Positions 1 through 14,404 of a stretch of DNA of 64,000 bases are shown in pieces. The DNA is taken from NCBI RefSeq assembly GCF_018350175.1, contig NC_058368.1, forward strand, positions 109,742,001 through 109,806,000, in the 5' to 3' direction. Position 1 is the stretch's first letter, and each line of letters opens with the position of its first letter. A program made the translations under genes and the position numbers. Below the pieces are notes generated by a model. The model had not been told where the DNA came from and did not search any database. It saw only the letters and a program-made list of their open reading frames with translations. This DNA comes from Felis catus. Its lineage: Eukaryota.

Positions 1-3000
1 GATTACATGGACGTTCTACAATTTATCCAACCAGTACCCTATTGATATACAATTAGATCTTTTGTCAAAAAGATGGGATGAACAGATTTTCAGGCACTCT
101 TCTATTTCTGTAATCTGATCTTCTAGAATCACTGGGTCAAAGAGTATGTGTATTTTAAATTTTGATTGGTATTACCTATTGTCTTTTAAATAGGTTTTAC
201 CCAAACATATTTCCTCACTAGAACTGAGAATGATCAAGCTTTTTTGTTGTTGTTGTTAAATGTTTATTTATTTTTGAGAGAGCGAGTGTGAGTGAGGGGG
301 GAGAGGCAGAGAGACAGAATCTAAAACAGGCTCCAGACTCTGAGCTGTCAGCGCAGAGCCTGATGCGGGGCTCAAACTAGGCAACAGCAACATCCTGACA
401 TACTCCGAAGGTGGAAGCTTAACCGACTGAGCCACCCAGGAGCCCTGAACGGTCAAACTTTTAAACTCTTTCCTACCTATCATTATTGATGAGATTAAGT
501 ACCTTTCATATGATTATCGGAGACTTATTTTTCATGAATTGTCAGTCAGATTCTTTGCTTGTTTTTCATTTTCTATTTTTTCTTTTTTCTTTTCTTTTTT
601 TTTTTTTTAAGTTTATTTGTTTTGAGAGAAAGAGAAACAAAGCACGCAAGCAGGGAAGGGGCAGAGAGAAAGGGAAAGACAGAGAATCCCAAGCAGGTCC
701 CGCACTGTCAGCGCAGAGCCCAATTCAGGGCTAGACCCCATGAAACACGAGATCATGACCTGAGCTGAAACCAAGAGTCAACGCTTAACTGACTAAGCTA
801 CCCAGGTGCCCCTCTTTGCTTATTTTTCTATTGGATATTGATCTTTTTAATATGGATTTGTAGAAACTTTTAATATTTTACATAAAGACACTTCATTTTA
901 TGTTTTACAAATACTTTTATTATTTTGTTTGTAGTCTTTAAACTTTGTGATCTTTTACCATGTACTGAGACATTAAATTGTTAAGTAGGCGTTTTTAACA
1001 ATCTTTTCCTTATGGGTTCCTGGGTTTGACTAACACTTAGAATGGCCTTATATGTCCCAAAATTATTAAAATGTGTTCTGTGAGTCACCTGGCTGGCTTA
1101 GTTGGTAGGGCATGTGAGTCTTGATCTCGGGGTTGTCAGAGTCCCACATTGGGGTATAGAAAATGCTTAAAAGAATAAAAAATAAAATATTTTATTGTAA
1201 TTCTTTAATTACGTTATGGTTATATCCTTATTCCTCATTTATAGTGGGGTGCCTGGGTGTCTCAGTCGGTTAAGTGTCCAACTCTTAATTTTGGTTTAGG
1301 TTATGGTCTCACTGTCATGGGATGGAGCCCTGTATGGGGCTCTGTACTGAGAGTGGAGCCTGCTTGGTATTCTCTCTCTTCCTCTCTCTCTCTGCTCCTC
1401 CCCCTCTCTTTCTCTGTCTCAAGTAAAAAATTTTTTTATTAAAAATAAATTTTGTTAATCTTTATTTAAAGAGACAGAGAGACAGACTGTAAGCATGGGA
1501 GGGGCAAAGAGAGGGGGAGACACAGAATCCAAAGCAGGCTCCAGGCTCTGAGCTATCAGCACAGAGCCTGACACGGGGCTCGAACTCAAGAACCTGTGAG
1601 ATCACGCCCTGAACCAATGTCGGATGCTCAACCAACTGAGTCACCCAGGCGCCCCTCAAATAAACACTTTTTTATCCTCATTTTTAGTTTTTGAGATACC
1701 ATTTACTAAATCTATCACTTCCTTATTGATTTGAAAAACTACTTCTCATATACTAAATAGGTATAAGTTTAGTTTGTTTGAGCATTCTGTTTTCTTCTCA
1801 AGATCTGTCTGTGCCAGGATGTGTCATTGTTTTAATTTCCATGGTTCAGTAAGATATTTTGATATCTGATAAGGTAGTCCCTCCTAATTAATCTTTCTTT
1901 GTCCCCACTTTTCTTCATTGTTCCTAGGGATTTATTTCCCTAGAAAGGTTTTATTCTCAAATTTTCAAGTTTCCCACCAAATAAGATTCATCTGTCAGCT
2001 GATTTTAAAAGAAACTTCATTATAGCAAATGTGAAAAGACAAGAGACAGAATAAGATGTAACAAAAGGAGAACTATTTTAAAAACAGTTATTTATTTGAA
2101 AGAGAGAGAGAGAGAGAGGGAGAATCCTGAGCAAGCTCAGCATTGTGAACATAAGCCTGATGCGAGGCTCCTTCCCACTGTGAGATCATGACCTGAGCCA
2201 AAGTCAAGAGTAGGACACTTAACTGAGTGAGTTACCCAGGTGTGCTGCAAATGGCATTATTTGTGATGATTTGGTTGCACATTGGGAAAGCCCAAGAATT
2301 AATTACAAGCCTCTTGAGATGGGGTGCCTGGGTGGCTCAGTCGGGTAAGCGTCCAACTCTTGATTTCAGCTCAGGTCATAATCTCACAGTTTGTGGGTTC
2401 CAGCCCCATGTCGGGCTCTGCACTAACAGTACAGAGCATGCTCGGGATTCGCTCTCTCTCCCTCTCTCTGCACCTACCCTGTTAGCTCGCTCTCTCAAAA
2501 TAAATGAGAATAAACTTAAGAAAAAAAGGCGTCTTGAGAGTTCAACATAGGGGTCACATACATCACACACACAAAATACAATAATAACTTGCTTTTTCAG
2601 TGGCAAGAGAAAGCCAGTGTAGTTGTTTCCCATTGAGGCTCATGGGCTTGAGGGATCCTCATCTTTGTTCAGAGAATTTAGGCTACAATTCAGATGCTGA
2701 GCTTTGTAAACCTTAATGGATACCAGCTGAAGGAATTAAAAACTTGTGAAAACTGCAAGTAATTTCTATCTGGCAAGAATGAATATTTTACTATTCTTGA
2801 GGCAGACTATTCCTTTATTCTAGGAAAGCCTCCCCAAATGTCTTCCAGTTATATAAGATGTCTCAAAGAACTGGGGGAGGGATGGGTGTAAAAGGGATGT
2901 GTTGGAGGGAAAGTTGCATCTCTCTGGCCTGGGTTGCTTTGGGGCAGGATGGTTGTTCCCTGCTCTGACCCTGACCTGTCAGTGAGTACCTGTGATTGGA

Positions 3001-3016
3001 GAGCTGACCAGCAGAA

Positions 3017-3188
3017 TAGGGCCTGCTTCATGGGCAAATGGTACACATTTCAGGGCCCCGTGCTTAGAAAAATCCCACATTTGGTTTAATGCTCTGCTAC
3101 TGCCATCTTAAAATTCATAATAGCTTTTGAACAGGGAGCCCCGCATTTTAAATTTGCACTGGGCCCTGCACATTATGTAACTGGTCTG
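3017..3188 (+). mobile_element. MER91A-like hAT MITE
   Basis: Resembles recalled MER91A (AGGGCC..CTTCATGGGC ... TTGGTTTAATGCTCTGCT ... TTTGCACTGGGCCC); 8-bp TSD CAGCAGAA / CACCAGAA, the size expected for hAT elements. Confidence 0.8.
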
Positions 3189-3992
3189 CACCAGAAGTTG
3201 CTCAAAGTGTTTTCATTTTGAGTGAAATGCAAACTAGCCCCACCAGGATCTGAAGAGGGGAGAAAACTGACCCTACCCTTCCTGGAATTTAGAATCGGTC
3301 TTTTCCTTAAAGATTGGTAGCTATTGTTTAAAAAAAAACTTTTTTTTTTTAATTCTTTCATTATATTTTACAACTAGTTATTCTAACTATTCAAGAAACC
3401 TCAGTGTTGTACAGTTGGATCCTGGGGCAAAATCATATGCGGGCTCTCCCTTCATATGCTTTTTTGCATACCACAAAAGTAGCCCTTTTGAGAGGGAGAG
3501 AGAATTTGACTAAATTGGCTAAATGAGAGAGAGATCCAGAGCGGGGAGACTATTGGTTTTGTAAAGAGGAGTGGCCATGTGGGAGGACTGGTAGGAGGGC
3601 TTCTGGGATTCGGTGGGTATGAGGCTCTGGTTCCTGGAATGAAAAAAGGATGGTTTTTCCATCCGCCTCTGGGCATGGGGGTGAGAACAGTGCCAGTAGC
3701 TAGCTCCCTGGAATCCGGTGAGAGCTGCCTTCCTCAGTTATTCCCAGTTTCCAAGATGGCTTGAAAACTAAATACAGTACTCAAAAGTTGTGTCACATTC
3801 TCTTATCTTCAGACAGAGATGCTTGGGCTCCTCACAGTCTTTGGGCCTTGATATAATACTCTGCTGTGACATGGCTTCATGGAGTGCTCATAAAGCTGTG
3901 TGATTGTGAGTCCAGGATTTGCTGGTTCCTTCTCTTGTAATTTATTTATTTATTTATTAAAAAAAATTTTTTTTGATGTTTATTTTTGAGAC

Positions 3993-4036
<44 letters not shown>

Positions 4037-7000
4037 CGTGAGCGGGGGAGGGGCAGAGAGAGACGCAATATCAGACACAAGCTCCAGGCTCTGAGCTGTC
4101 AGCATAGAGCCCGATGCTCAGCTGAAACACTGGGACCTGAGATAATGATCTGATGCCCAACCCACTGAGTCACCCAGGCACTCCCTTTCTCTTGTACTTT
4201 AAGTTTATCTGCTGTAGGGGAAAAGGAAGGTGAGTGATGTGCTGAGAGGAGCAGAGAGGAGAGACAGAAGAATAACTACGCAGACTTGATTGTTTTCTCT
4301 TTGGGTTATCAGGGCTTCTCTTTAGTAAATCCCTTTTGTGATTAAGAGGCACCATTGATCTCAGGGTCATGAATTTAATCCCCATGTTGGGCGTGGAGCC
4401 TACTTAAAAAAAAAAAAAAAAGATTGTTCAAGTTGGGTTTTTGTGTTTTTCCCCCATAGAGTTACTTGACTTTATCACCAGAGTTTGAGTTTATCCCCAC
4501 TTCACATATGAAGGGACTGAGAGACCCAGGCATCTTCATTTCAAGTCTTGAAGGCAGGGTATTGGGGAAATTTTTCAGTTAGAAACAATTGTGCCTGGGT
4601 GGCTCATTTGATTAAACGCCTGACTTCAAGTGGTGATCTTGCTGTTCATGAGTTCGAGCCCTAGTTCCCTCTCTCTGCCCCTCCCTGCTCATGCTGTGTT
4701 TTTCTATCTCAAAAATAAATAAACATTAAAAAAAAAAAAAGAAAGAATTATGCCCCTGTTAAATCTCATTGACTCAATACCGCCACTGTGCTAAGCTTCA
4801 CATGTTTTTGTTAAGTGATTTATCCAAAGCCCCTGGCCCTGAACTTTTTCCATTACATACCTCTCCCGCCCCTCTAGCCAGTTTGGTTTATTTTGGTTTA
4901 TTCCCTTATATCATTGAGGATTCAACTGTGAGAAATAAAACAAAACTTTGGCTTAATACACAAATAATTTATTGACAGTGTATTATTAGCTAGATCATAG
5001 TATTAGAAGGAGAAATTGCACCCCCAGCCTTGAAAGGGCCTTGAACCAAAAAAGTCCAGATCTTGCTAGAGGGAAACTTGTGTTCTACTTCTTTAGCTCA
5101 TTGCCAGCAGATGATTGGATTCAGTCCCCTACAGTGTCTGTGTGCCTCCCTTCTTAGGTCAACAGTGAAGTTCCCTGTAAGAGGTTGCCTGGCTTCTTAC
5201 TGACATGTGTCCATCCTTCTAGTCAGGGGTGGGGTCCCACAATTAGCAGCAGCCCACCAGAAGGAAGAAGATCAGAGGAACACCTTAAGGAATGAATCCT
5301 GAGCAGAAAAAAAACAAAAGATGTACTTTTCCTGTAATAGGACCTTTCGACAAGATCTTTTCTGTAAATTGTTCACAGCTAGCTAGACAGAGTGGGAGAG
5401 CTCACAGTGTTTTGTGAAGGCCTACAGTGACCTAACATTTAGAAATGGCATATAGCAAACCAAAAGGAAATTAGCTGAAATGAAACTCCTCATCTCAGCT
5501 CTCTTTCTGTCTCCCTTTTCTGGTGATGGTGATAAACTTCTGTACTCTAAATCCAGTCATTTTGATTGACAAGTCAAATATATGGTGAATGTTTTATTAA
5601 AGTTCATATGAAATTCAGAATGATGATGCTCTAATATTTCTTCTTGACGTATCCCTATTCACTGAACTTCTCTGGCTTCCCACCCCCTCCACTGCACCTT
5701 CCTGACAATGTGGGTCCTGAGACTAAAATGACTTTATTCTAGTTTGAATTTACTAGTCTTGAAACCACTCTTTTTAAAAAATATATATATTTATTTATTT
5801 TGAGAGAGAGAGTGAGCTGGGGAGAGGTCCAGAGAGAGAGGGAGAGAGGAAATCCCAAGCAGGCTTCACGCTCAACGTGGATGTGGAGCCCGATGTGGGG
5901 CTTGTCAGTGCAGAGCCCAGTGTCAGGCTCGAACCCAGGAACTGTAAGATCATGACCTGATCTGAAATCAAGAGTCAGATGCTTAAATGACTGAGCCACC
6001 CAGACACCACCACTCCTTTTTAAACACAAGTAATCCATTGTCATTATGGAAAAACTTGGACAGAGAGATTAAGAAAAAATAATGTGTATTACCTTCCACT
6101 ATCTACAGAGAGAGATGTTTGCAGTTTTCTTTTGGGAAATATAGCTATTTCCTATATCCATAACTGACCCTTAACTAATTGTAACACATTTTATTATTTT
6201 TTTTAAATTTTTTTTAATGTTTATTTCTGAGACAGAGAGACAGAGCATGAGTGGGGGAGGGGCAGAGAGAGAAGGACACAGAATCCGAAGCAGGCTCCAG
6301 GTTCCGGGCCGTCAGCACAGAGCCCGACGAGGGGCTCGAACTCACAGACTGCGAGATCATGACCTGAGCCGAAGTCGGAAGCTCAACCGACTGAGCCACC
6401 CAGGCGCCCCTGTAACACATTTTAAATTGTCACAGACAATATATGTTTGGGGAATTTCAATTTTTTTTAATGTTTATTTATTTTTGAGAGAGAGAGGCAG
6501 AGCATGAGCAGGGGAGGGGCAGAAAGAGGAGGATAGAGGATGTGAAGTGGGCTCCGACCTATTAGCAGCAAGACCATTGTGAGGTGGAACTCAGGAACGT
6601 GGAGATCATGACCGGAGCTGAAGTCAGATGCTTAACCCACTGAGCCACTCAGGCATTAGCATCTCCAAAAAGTGTCACTTTCCCTGAAGAATGTATTTAC
6701 TTTTTGAAAAGTTGAGTTTCACATTAGACCTACTTTCTCTATTCAGTGTAGACAAAATTATTTTTTTTAATTAAAAAAATGTATTGATTTATTTTTTGGG
6801 GGAGAGACAAAGAGAGCGTGGAGGGTCAGAGAGAGAGGGGGACAGAGGATCCCAAGTGGGCTCTGTGCTGACAGCAGAGAGAAAGCCCCATGTGGGGCTC
6901 GAACTCACCAACTGTGAGATTATGGCCTGAGTTGAAGTCAGATGCTTAACCGACTGAGCCACCCAGGTGCCCCTAGACAAAATTATTTCTTAAGTTTTTT

Positions 7001-8597
7001 ACCTTTACAAAGCTTACTTTTGGTGAATGCAAAACAGATAGGAAAACACAGAATTTACCTACAGGTCCTTAGGCATATATGGATTGAACATTTGAAAAAT
7101 TTATTAATGTTTTTGAATGTATATCTTAAGTTTTAAAAAATGTGAAGCAAGTAATATTTTATTGTATTAAATGCTCTTCTGTGTGATAGATAAAACTTCT
7201 GAAATAAACTTTATTTTTTCAAGTTACCAGTGTTAGTAAAAACACTCACTCTGAAAAATACTTGAAAATAAATGCCTCTAATTCACTTTTCATTCCAATG
7301 CTAATCAGAAAAATATCAAATCCAGATTCATTTTATGTGGCATGTCAAGCAGAAAGAAAATAGTAATTATACTTTGTGCTATGAATAAGAATTGTAAGAT
7401 AGCTTTTCTCCTCAAAAAACAAATACAACCTAAAAGTCCTTTTTTAACATTGAGAAGCATTTTGTATAATGTCAGTTTGGATTGAGTGCAGAGTCTGGGG
7501 TTGTCAGCAGACCCTTGTACTTGCTGTCAGTAAATTTGCTATAAAGACTTTCTTTTTGCACTATCTAGTTTTTATCAGCCTTTGAGACTTTGGTAAATTG
7601 TGAATGATCTTTGGAGATTAAGATTTGCTTCAAATTTCCAAGTACTACCATTTGTAGGTCTTGCCCATTTTAGGTAAGATATCTTTGTGTTCATTGTTAA
7701 ACCGGGATGATTTTTGTGATAAAACATTCATGCTCTATCTCTGCATTTAAAAAATACTAACTGGGGCGCCTGGATGGCTCAGTTGGTTGAGCATCCGGCT
7801 TCAGCTCAGGTCATGATCCTAGCGGTGGTGAGTTGGAGCCCTGCGTTGTCTCTGTGCTGACAGCTCAGAGCCTGGAGCCTGCTTCAGCTTCTGCATCCCC
7901 CTCTCTCTCTGCCCCACCCCTGCTTGTGCTCTGTCTCTCTCTGTCTTTCAAAAATGAATAAACATAAAAAAATTTTTTAAAAAGTACTAACCTGTTTCTT
8001 TTCCATTCCTTCAGTGAAGTTTCATGAAGCCATTTAAAAATGGATGTCAGGTGCGCCTGGGTGGCTCACTTGGTTAAGCAGCCAACTCTTGATTTGGGCT
8101 CAGGTTATGATCTCCTGGTTTGTGAGTTCAAGCCCCACATAGGGCTATGCAATAAGAGTTGGAACATGCTTGGGATTCTCTCTCCCTGTCTTTCCTCTTC
8201 CTCCACTCACTCTCTCTCTCTTTCTCAAAAGAAATGAATAAACTTAAAAAAATAATAATAAAAATAAAGAATAAAAATGGATATCAGGGGTACCTGGGTG
8301 GCTCAGTCAGTTAAGCACCCAACTGTTGATTGCGGCTCAGGTCATGATCTCTCGGTAATGAGGTTGTGAGATTGAGCCTCTAGTTGGGCTCTGCACTGGG
8401 TATGGAGGCTGTTTGAGATTCTTTCTCTCCCTGTCCTTCTTCCCCTCCACATGCATGCTTGCTGTCTCTCTCTCTCAATCAATCAATCAATAAAATTAAA
8501 ATAGATGTCAAGCAAGACTTTTTTTTAATGGAGAGGTATGATTGATATATAACATTTCTTTTAGGTATACAGCATAATGATTCCATATTTATATACA

Positions 8598-8967
8598 CAG
8601 AACGTCTCTGACTTACTATGGTTTGACTTACAATTTTTCAGATTAATGATGGTGTGCAAGAGGTATGCATTCCATAGAAACTGTATTTCAGATTTTGAAT
8701 TTTGATCTTTCCCACTTTAGCAATGTACATTATGATATTCTGTCTTAATACTGGGCAGTGACAGTGAGCCACAGCTTCTGGTCAGCCATGTGATCATGTG
8801 GGTAACTGACTGATAGGCTTACAATCATTCATACCCATAGAACCGTTGTTTTTCACTTTCAGTACAGTATTCGATAAATTGCATGATTCATTCAATACTT
8901 TATTTTAAATTGGCTCTATATGCTTCGGATTCTGTGTCTCCCTCTCTCTGCCCCTCCCCCACTCATG

Positions 8968-9005
<38 letters not shown>

Positions 9006-9237
9006 TAAACATTAAAAAAGTAAAAAAAAAAATAGGCTTTATATTAGATGATCTTGTCCAACTCTAGGATAATGTAAGTGTTCTGAACACATTTAAGGTC
9101 TGCAAGGCCCAGGTATGATGTTCTGTAGGTTAGGTGTATTCAGTAAATGTTTGACTTACAATATTGTTAACTTACAATGGGTTTATTGGGATGTAGTCTT
9201 ATGGGACGTAACGCTATGATGAGTTGAGGAAGATAGG
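8598..9237 (+). mobile_element. Tigger3 (Golem)-like MITE interrupted by a 5'-truncated SINE (about 8921-9030)
   Basis: Repeated GACTTAC(A/T)AT subterminal motifs and end ATGGGTTTATTGGGA...GTTGAGGA; nested SINE flanked by AAATTGGCTCTATA / AAATAGGCTTTATA. Confidence 0.75.
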
Positions 9238-9882
9238 TATTGCAAAAAGACCACAGTAAGTCTAGTTAACATTCATGTGAAGGGCTTTTTATCACTGATA
9301 AATCTTCAAATGAATTTTAATCTCCAGTATTCTTATGTGAATATACTTACTGTACTTGCAAGGTGAATTTTGAATGTGGTGGATTTATCAGTCAGGGCTA
9401 TTCAGGTTGGAAGGGACAGAAACAAGAATAAAAAAAAAGAACATTGTAAAAAAGAGGACTTAAGGAATAAATACTGGTAGATGCCAAAGCAGGGAAGCTC
9501 TAGGCAGCTAGGCCTTGAACCAGGGATGGGATGCCTTTTATGAGACAAGCTAGTGTCTACCTTTTTTGTTTGTTTGTTTTATTTATTTTGAAGAGAGAGA
9601 CACAGAGTGAGTGGGGAAGGGGCAGAGTGAGAGGGAGACAGAGAATCTGAAGCAGGCTCCAGGCTCTGAGCTGTCAGCACAGAGCTCGATGTGAGGCTCG
9701 AATCCACAAACCACGAGATCATGTCCTGAGCCAAAGTCAGATGCTTGACCAGCTGAGCCACCCAGGTGGCCCAAGCTAGTGTCTGCTTTCATCTGAGTAA
9801 TAGCCTCATTCCCTCAGACCCCTCTCTATGGGTGGGAATGTGGCCACTGGAACTTTGGGAACTTCCTTACAATTCCACAGGC

Positions 9883-10340
9883 TGTCAAAGACAAATGCTG
9901 AACAATAAGAAAACTGGATTTATTTAGGCTATTACAATAGGGAGAGCATCCCAGGTCTGAAAATCAGTGCCTCAGCAGGGTAGTTTTGTCTGGAGACTTT
10001 TCTAGGGAGGAGTAGGCAACTTCCCAGTGGAGTGGTTTTACAGTTGGAATTGTTTTTGTAATCAAGGGGTCTCAGGGAGCTCAACAGGAAAGGTTTGTGT
10101 CTAGTTAGTTTCAGGGGAACCGACAATTCACATAATCGTTTATGAGACAATGTGAATAGGAATTTGGAGAGTTTTAGTCTGGCCTTATCATAGGTAAACA
10201 GGGGGACCACCTGGGGGGCTTATCTAAGTCACATGAGGAAGAGTGGTTCTTTGCCATAAGTTGGAACATGAATCAGGGGAATTTCTTAACCGTTTCTATT
10301 TTCTAGGAACACAGGGCTTAGGTAAAGTTCAACATTATCA
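9883..10340 (-). mobile_element. Old solo LTR, apparently interrupting an MLT1-like element
   Basis: TGTCA...TATCA termini; minus-strand AATAAA at 9919-9924 near the 3' end; TSD not cleanly preserved. Confidence 0.55.
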
Positions 10341-12072
10341 AGATGGAGAAGAGAGAAACAAAGTTCCCCACCAAGTCTCACACTCATCTGCCTCTCTCTG
10401 GTTCAATCTTTGTGGCCCCGTGGGAGGAAGTGCTGTGAATGATTCATCTTGGGTTAGGCCCACCCCTGTTGTCAGAGTGGTAAAGAGAAGGGGTACTGGG
10501 CAGAGCAAAAAAAAGGCTCCACAGTGGGCAAACGGTGACAGTTTAACTCCAGTGGAACTAAATTTGAGAATTTTTCCTCAAAGCCAAAGAAAACACAAAC
10601 CTTTGTTCAAAATTAAATAGTGGCGCTATAGTAATAGTATTGGTAAATTACCATGAATCCTTTTTCTAGACCTGGAAACAGTTTGTGGCGTCTCAAATGA
10701 TATCCTATGTTTCCATCCTCAGAAAAATCACCCTTCCCTCTTTTCAATAGATGCTTTAAAACTGAAACCACAAATAGTAAGGAGCCTTTAGTAAGATTTC
10801 AAGTTACTCATTCTGTGTTTCCTTTTAAAGATTTTATTTTTAAGTAGATTCTGCACCCAATTTGGGGCTCGGACCCACAACCCTGAGATCAGCAGTACCG
10901 GCATGGTCCACTGACTGAACCAGCCAGGCGCCTCTACTTATTATTTTCGTTTTTTGCCAATTTTTTTCAAGGTACTTGCCGCTTTCCTATTCTACTTCAA
11001 GGCCAAATTGGGCTTAATGTGATTTAGGAATCCCAGAATGCTCTGTTTCTACCACTGAGGAGCTGTAAGGCCTCAAGGGTTATGAATGAGCATGGGGAGA
11101 AAACAGCTCACTCTAACAAGGTCCCAGGGAAATTTGACTCCTTGGACCAGCTGTTGCCCAAAGAAGCAAATATGGACCGGAAATCTTAGAGTCTAAACTA
11201 CACGAAAGGGTTTTAAAATGCCTCACCTTTCCATTTGACCAGACCAATTGCAGATAGGGAAACCTAGCAGAGAAAACCCCCCTCGTGTGAAGGATCATGA
11301 TCCCAGCATGTAGTTAGTTGGATTTAATTTAGTCACAAGTGATTTAATCATGCTGCTGTTAGTGAAATCTTCATGGTTTCATTTATTTACTTACTTGCCA
11401 GTAAAACTGTAACCTTCAGTGCCCTCAGATTGTTTAGTAAACTTGGCTCCAGTATCCTGGCTCTGGGGTAACTCACAGATTACCCTCTATATTTAACGGT
11501 TTGATTCCTCTTAGGCGTCTCTGTCTCTGTTCCTACCCCAGGTCATATTTGGATGTGTGAAGCTGCATTCCCGTTGCAGGTGCCCACCAGAAATCCCATC
11601 ACACCAAGCATCTCGTGATTTATGGTTGATTTATGGGCTTCAATGGAAGGTGACCCCACTCTCTCTCTCTCTGGCAATCACTGACCTCCCTGACTTCATC
11701 TCAGATCAAGACCCCTCTGCCCCTTCCAAAACCCACAGTTCCTACACATCACCTTGTGAAACTCCAGAAACTGATGAATAGTAAATGCCCATTCCCCTCT
11801 CCACCAATGTAATGTTGGTTTCAAAGCCTACTCAAGCCTGTCTGGATTCCTCAGCTCTCTAGTATTCTGGGGCACAACATTTTCTTTCGCTACATAGACA
11901 CTGTGAGACATCTTTTGGGGTGTCTTTCTATCGCATGATGATGGTCCTCTGAGACTAGGTGTTAGTGACCCTGCATTCTCAGTTATACTTGACTGAACTA
12001 GCTGGACTGATCCAGGCTGAAGCAATTAGGATCTCTCACCTGGGAATTTTATGTTAGAACTGAAGGTCTACA

Positions 12073-12325
12073 GGGCACCTGGCTGGCTCAGTCGGTGGGG
12101 CGTGCCACTCTTGATTTCAGGGTTGTGAGTTCAAGTCCCACTTTGGGTGTGGAGATTACTTAAAAATAAAATCTTGGAGGGGTGCCTGGGTGGGTCAGTC
12201 AGTTAAGTGTCCAACTCTTGATTTTGGCTCAGGTCATGATCTCATGGTTCCTGAGTTCAAGCCCCTCATCAGGCTCTGTGCTGTCAGCTTGGGATTCTCC
12301 CTCTCTCTCTCTCTTCCCTTCCCCT

Positions 12326-12371
<46 letters not shown>

Positions 12372-12855
12372 TAAATAAATGAACTTAAAAAAATAAAATC
12401 TTTAAAAAAAAAAAAGAATAGGCGCCTGGGTGGCTCAGTGAGTTAAGCATCTGACTTCAGCTCAGGTCATGATCTCATGGTTTGTGAGTTCAAGCCCTTC
12501 ATTGGGCTCTCTGCTGTCAGCACAGAGCCTGCTTCAGATCCTATGTCGTCCTCGCTCTCTACCCCTCCCCCACTTGCTTTCTCTCAAAATAAATAAATAA
12601 ACTTAAAACAAAAATAAAAAGAACTGGGGCACTGGGGTGGCTCAGTCGGTTACGTGTCCATCTTCAGCTTAGGTCATGATCTCACAGATCGTGGGTTTGA
12701 GCCCTGCGTCGGGCTCTGTGCTGACAGCTTATAGCCTGGAGCCTGCTTTGGATTCTGTATTTTCCTCTTTCTCTGCCCCTCCTTTGCTCACAGTCTGTCT
12801 CTCTCTGTCTCTCAAATAAGTAAATTAAATAAATAAATAAACATTAAAAAAAAAA
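12073..12855 (+). mobile_element. Stack of four head-to-tail Can-SINEs
   Basis: SINE heads at about 12073, 12178, 12421 and 12626; the whole block is bounded by AGAA(C/T)TGAAGGTCTACA repeats. Confidence 0.9.
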
Positions 12856-14256
12856 AGAATTGAAGGTCTACAGTTTTCATCCTTGTGTAGGGCTGAGCTT
12901 GAAATATGTAAGTTGCAAGTTGAGGGCAGCCAGTACATGCTCTGCAGAGGAAGAAGTATATCAAGATACGTTTAGCTGAAAGTCATAGAAGTCTCTTCTC
13001 AAAAGCTTTCATTCTTGCCTGAGTATGTAATGCTCTTTGTTCATTGTCTCTGCTTCTCTAGCGTATGCTGATAAGTGTCTGTGTTAATGCCCAGTGGGTG
13101 GCAGGTGTCCAGTATGGGTGTCCTCAGAGGCACCTCCTACTCCAAAATTCCCCAGTGAGAGAGATCCTAGCTCCAGCCTGACCATTCCTTCTCAACTGTT
13201 GCCTCTTGCTTCATGGGTCCCCTCTTGTAGCTAGCAGTCTTCTTGGGTGGGGTCTAATGAGATAGGTCAGGTTCAACCACCTATTCCATTGTGCAGTGGA
13301 TCCGGGGAAAATATACATTCCCTTATCATGACACACTGCTTTACTCTCCTGGTACCTTCTGGTAGCTAGCTCTCCCCAGTTTTCTTCTCTTTTGTTCTTT
13401 TTGTCCCTCCCTTGTTCACAGAAGGAAATTGGCTAGTGCACTGTGTTGGCAGATGGCCAACAGAGGCGTAGAATGGAGATCTCCCTTCTTCACTTGCACT
13501 TCTCTGTCTCACTTGTCTTTTCCTGAGAGACAGCACATTCCACTTCTCTCCTACTGGCAGGAAATCTCTTCTCACCTTGAAGTGATTCTGTACTCTCCAC
13601 AAAGCAAATTCCTCATCTCCCTTTCACTCTTCCCCACTTCTCCTACAGAGACTGGAGCGTTGGGGTGGTTGGAATGGGAAGCAGGCTGGCTGTTTCTGCC
13701 TACTCTCTTGGGGGAATTGACTGGCTCCAATGTCTTGGCTGGCAATTTTCTTAAGGGTGTGGATTAGTGAGCACTTTGGTTTTCATCTGTGGACCCTAAT
13801 CACCATTTCTGGGACAAGTGAGAAAAATCTCATGCAATATCCTGTTAGAATAACTATCATAACAACAATCCCTAACATTTCTTTTTTATTTCTTAAAGCT
13901 TTTTGTTAAAGTTAGTGTTCTTTTTAATTTTTTTAATGCTTTATTTTTGAGAGAGAGAGACAGTGCACAAGTAGGGGGAGAGTCAGAGAGAGAGAGGGAG
14001 ACACAGAATCCCAAGCAGGCTCCAGGCTCTGAGCTGTGAGCATAGAGCCCCACATGGGGCTCAAACCCACACACTGTGAGATCATGACCTGAGCCAAAGT
14101 TGGATGCTTAACCAGCTGAGCCACCCAGGAACCACCCCCCCGCCACATTTTTTTTTAAAGGAGGTTCCACACCCACTGTGGAGCCCAACATGGGACTTGA
14201 ACTCACAACCCTGCTGACATCAAGACCCTGAGATGAAGACTCGATGTTTAACTTAC

Positions 14257-14404
14257 ATGCTCTTTGTTCATTGTCTCTGCTTCTCTAGCATATGTTGATA
14301 AGTGTCTGTGTTAATGCCCAGTGGGTGGCAGGTGTCCAGTATGGGTGACCTCAGAGGCACCTCCTACTCCAAAGTTCCCCAGTGAGAGAGATCCTAGCTC
14401 CAGC
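14257..14404 (+). repeat. 148-bp direct duplicate of 13030-13177
   Basis: 144 of 148 positions identical with no gaps, by manual alignment. Confidence 0.95.
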
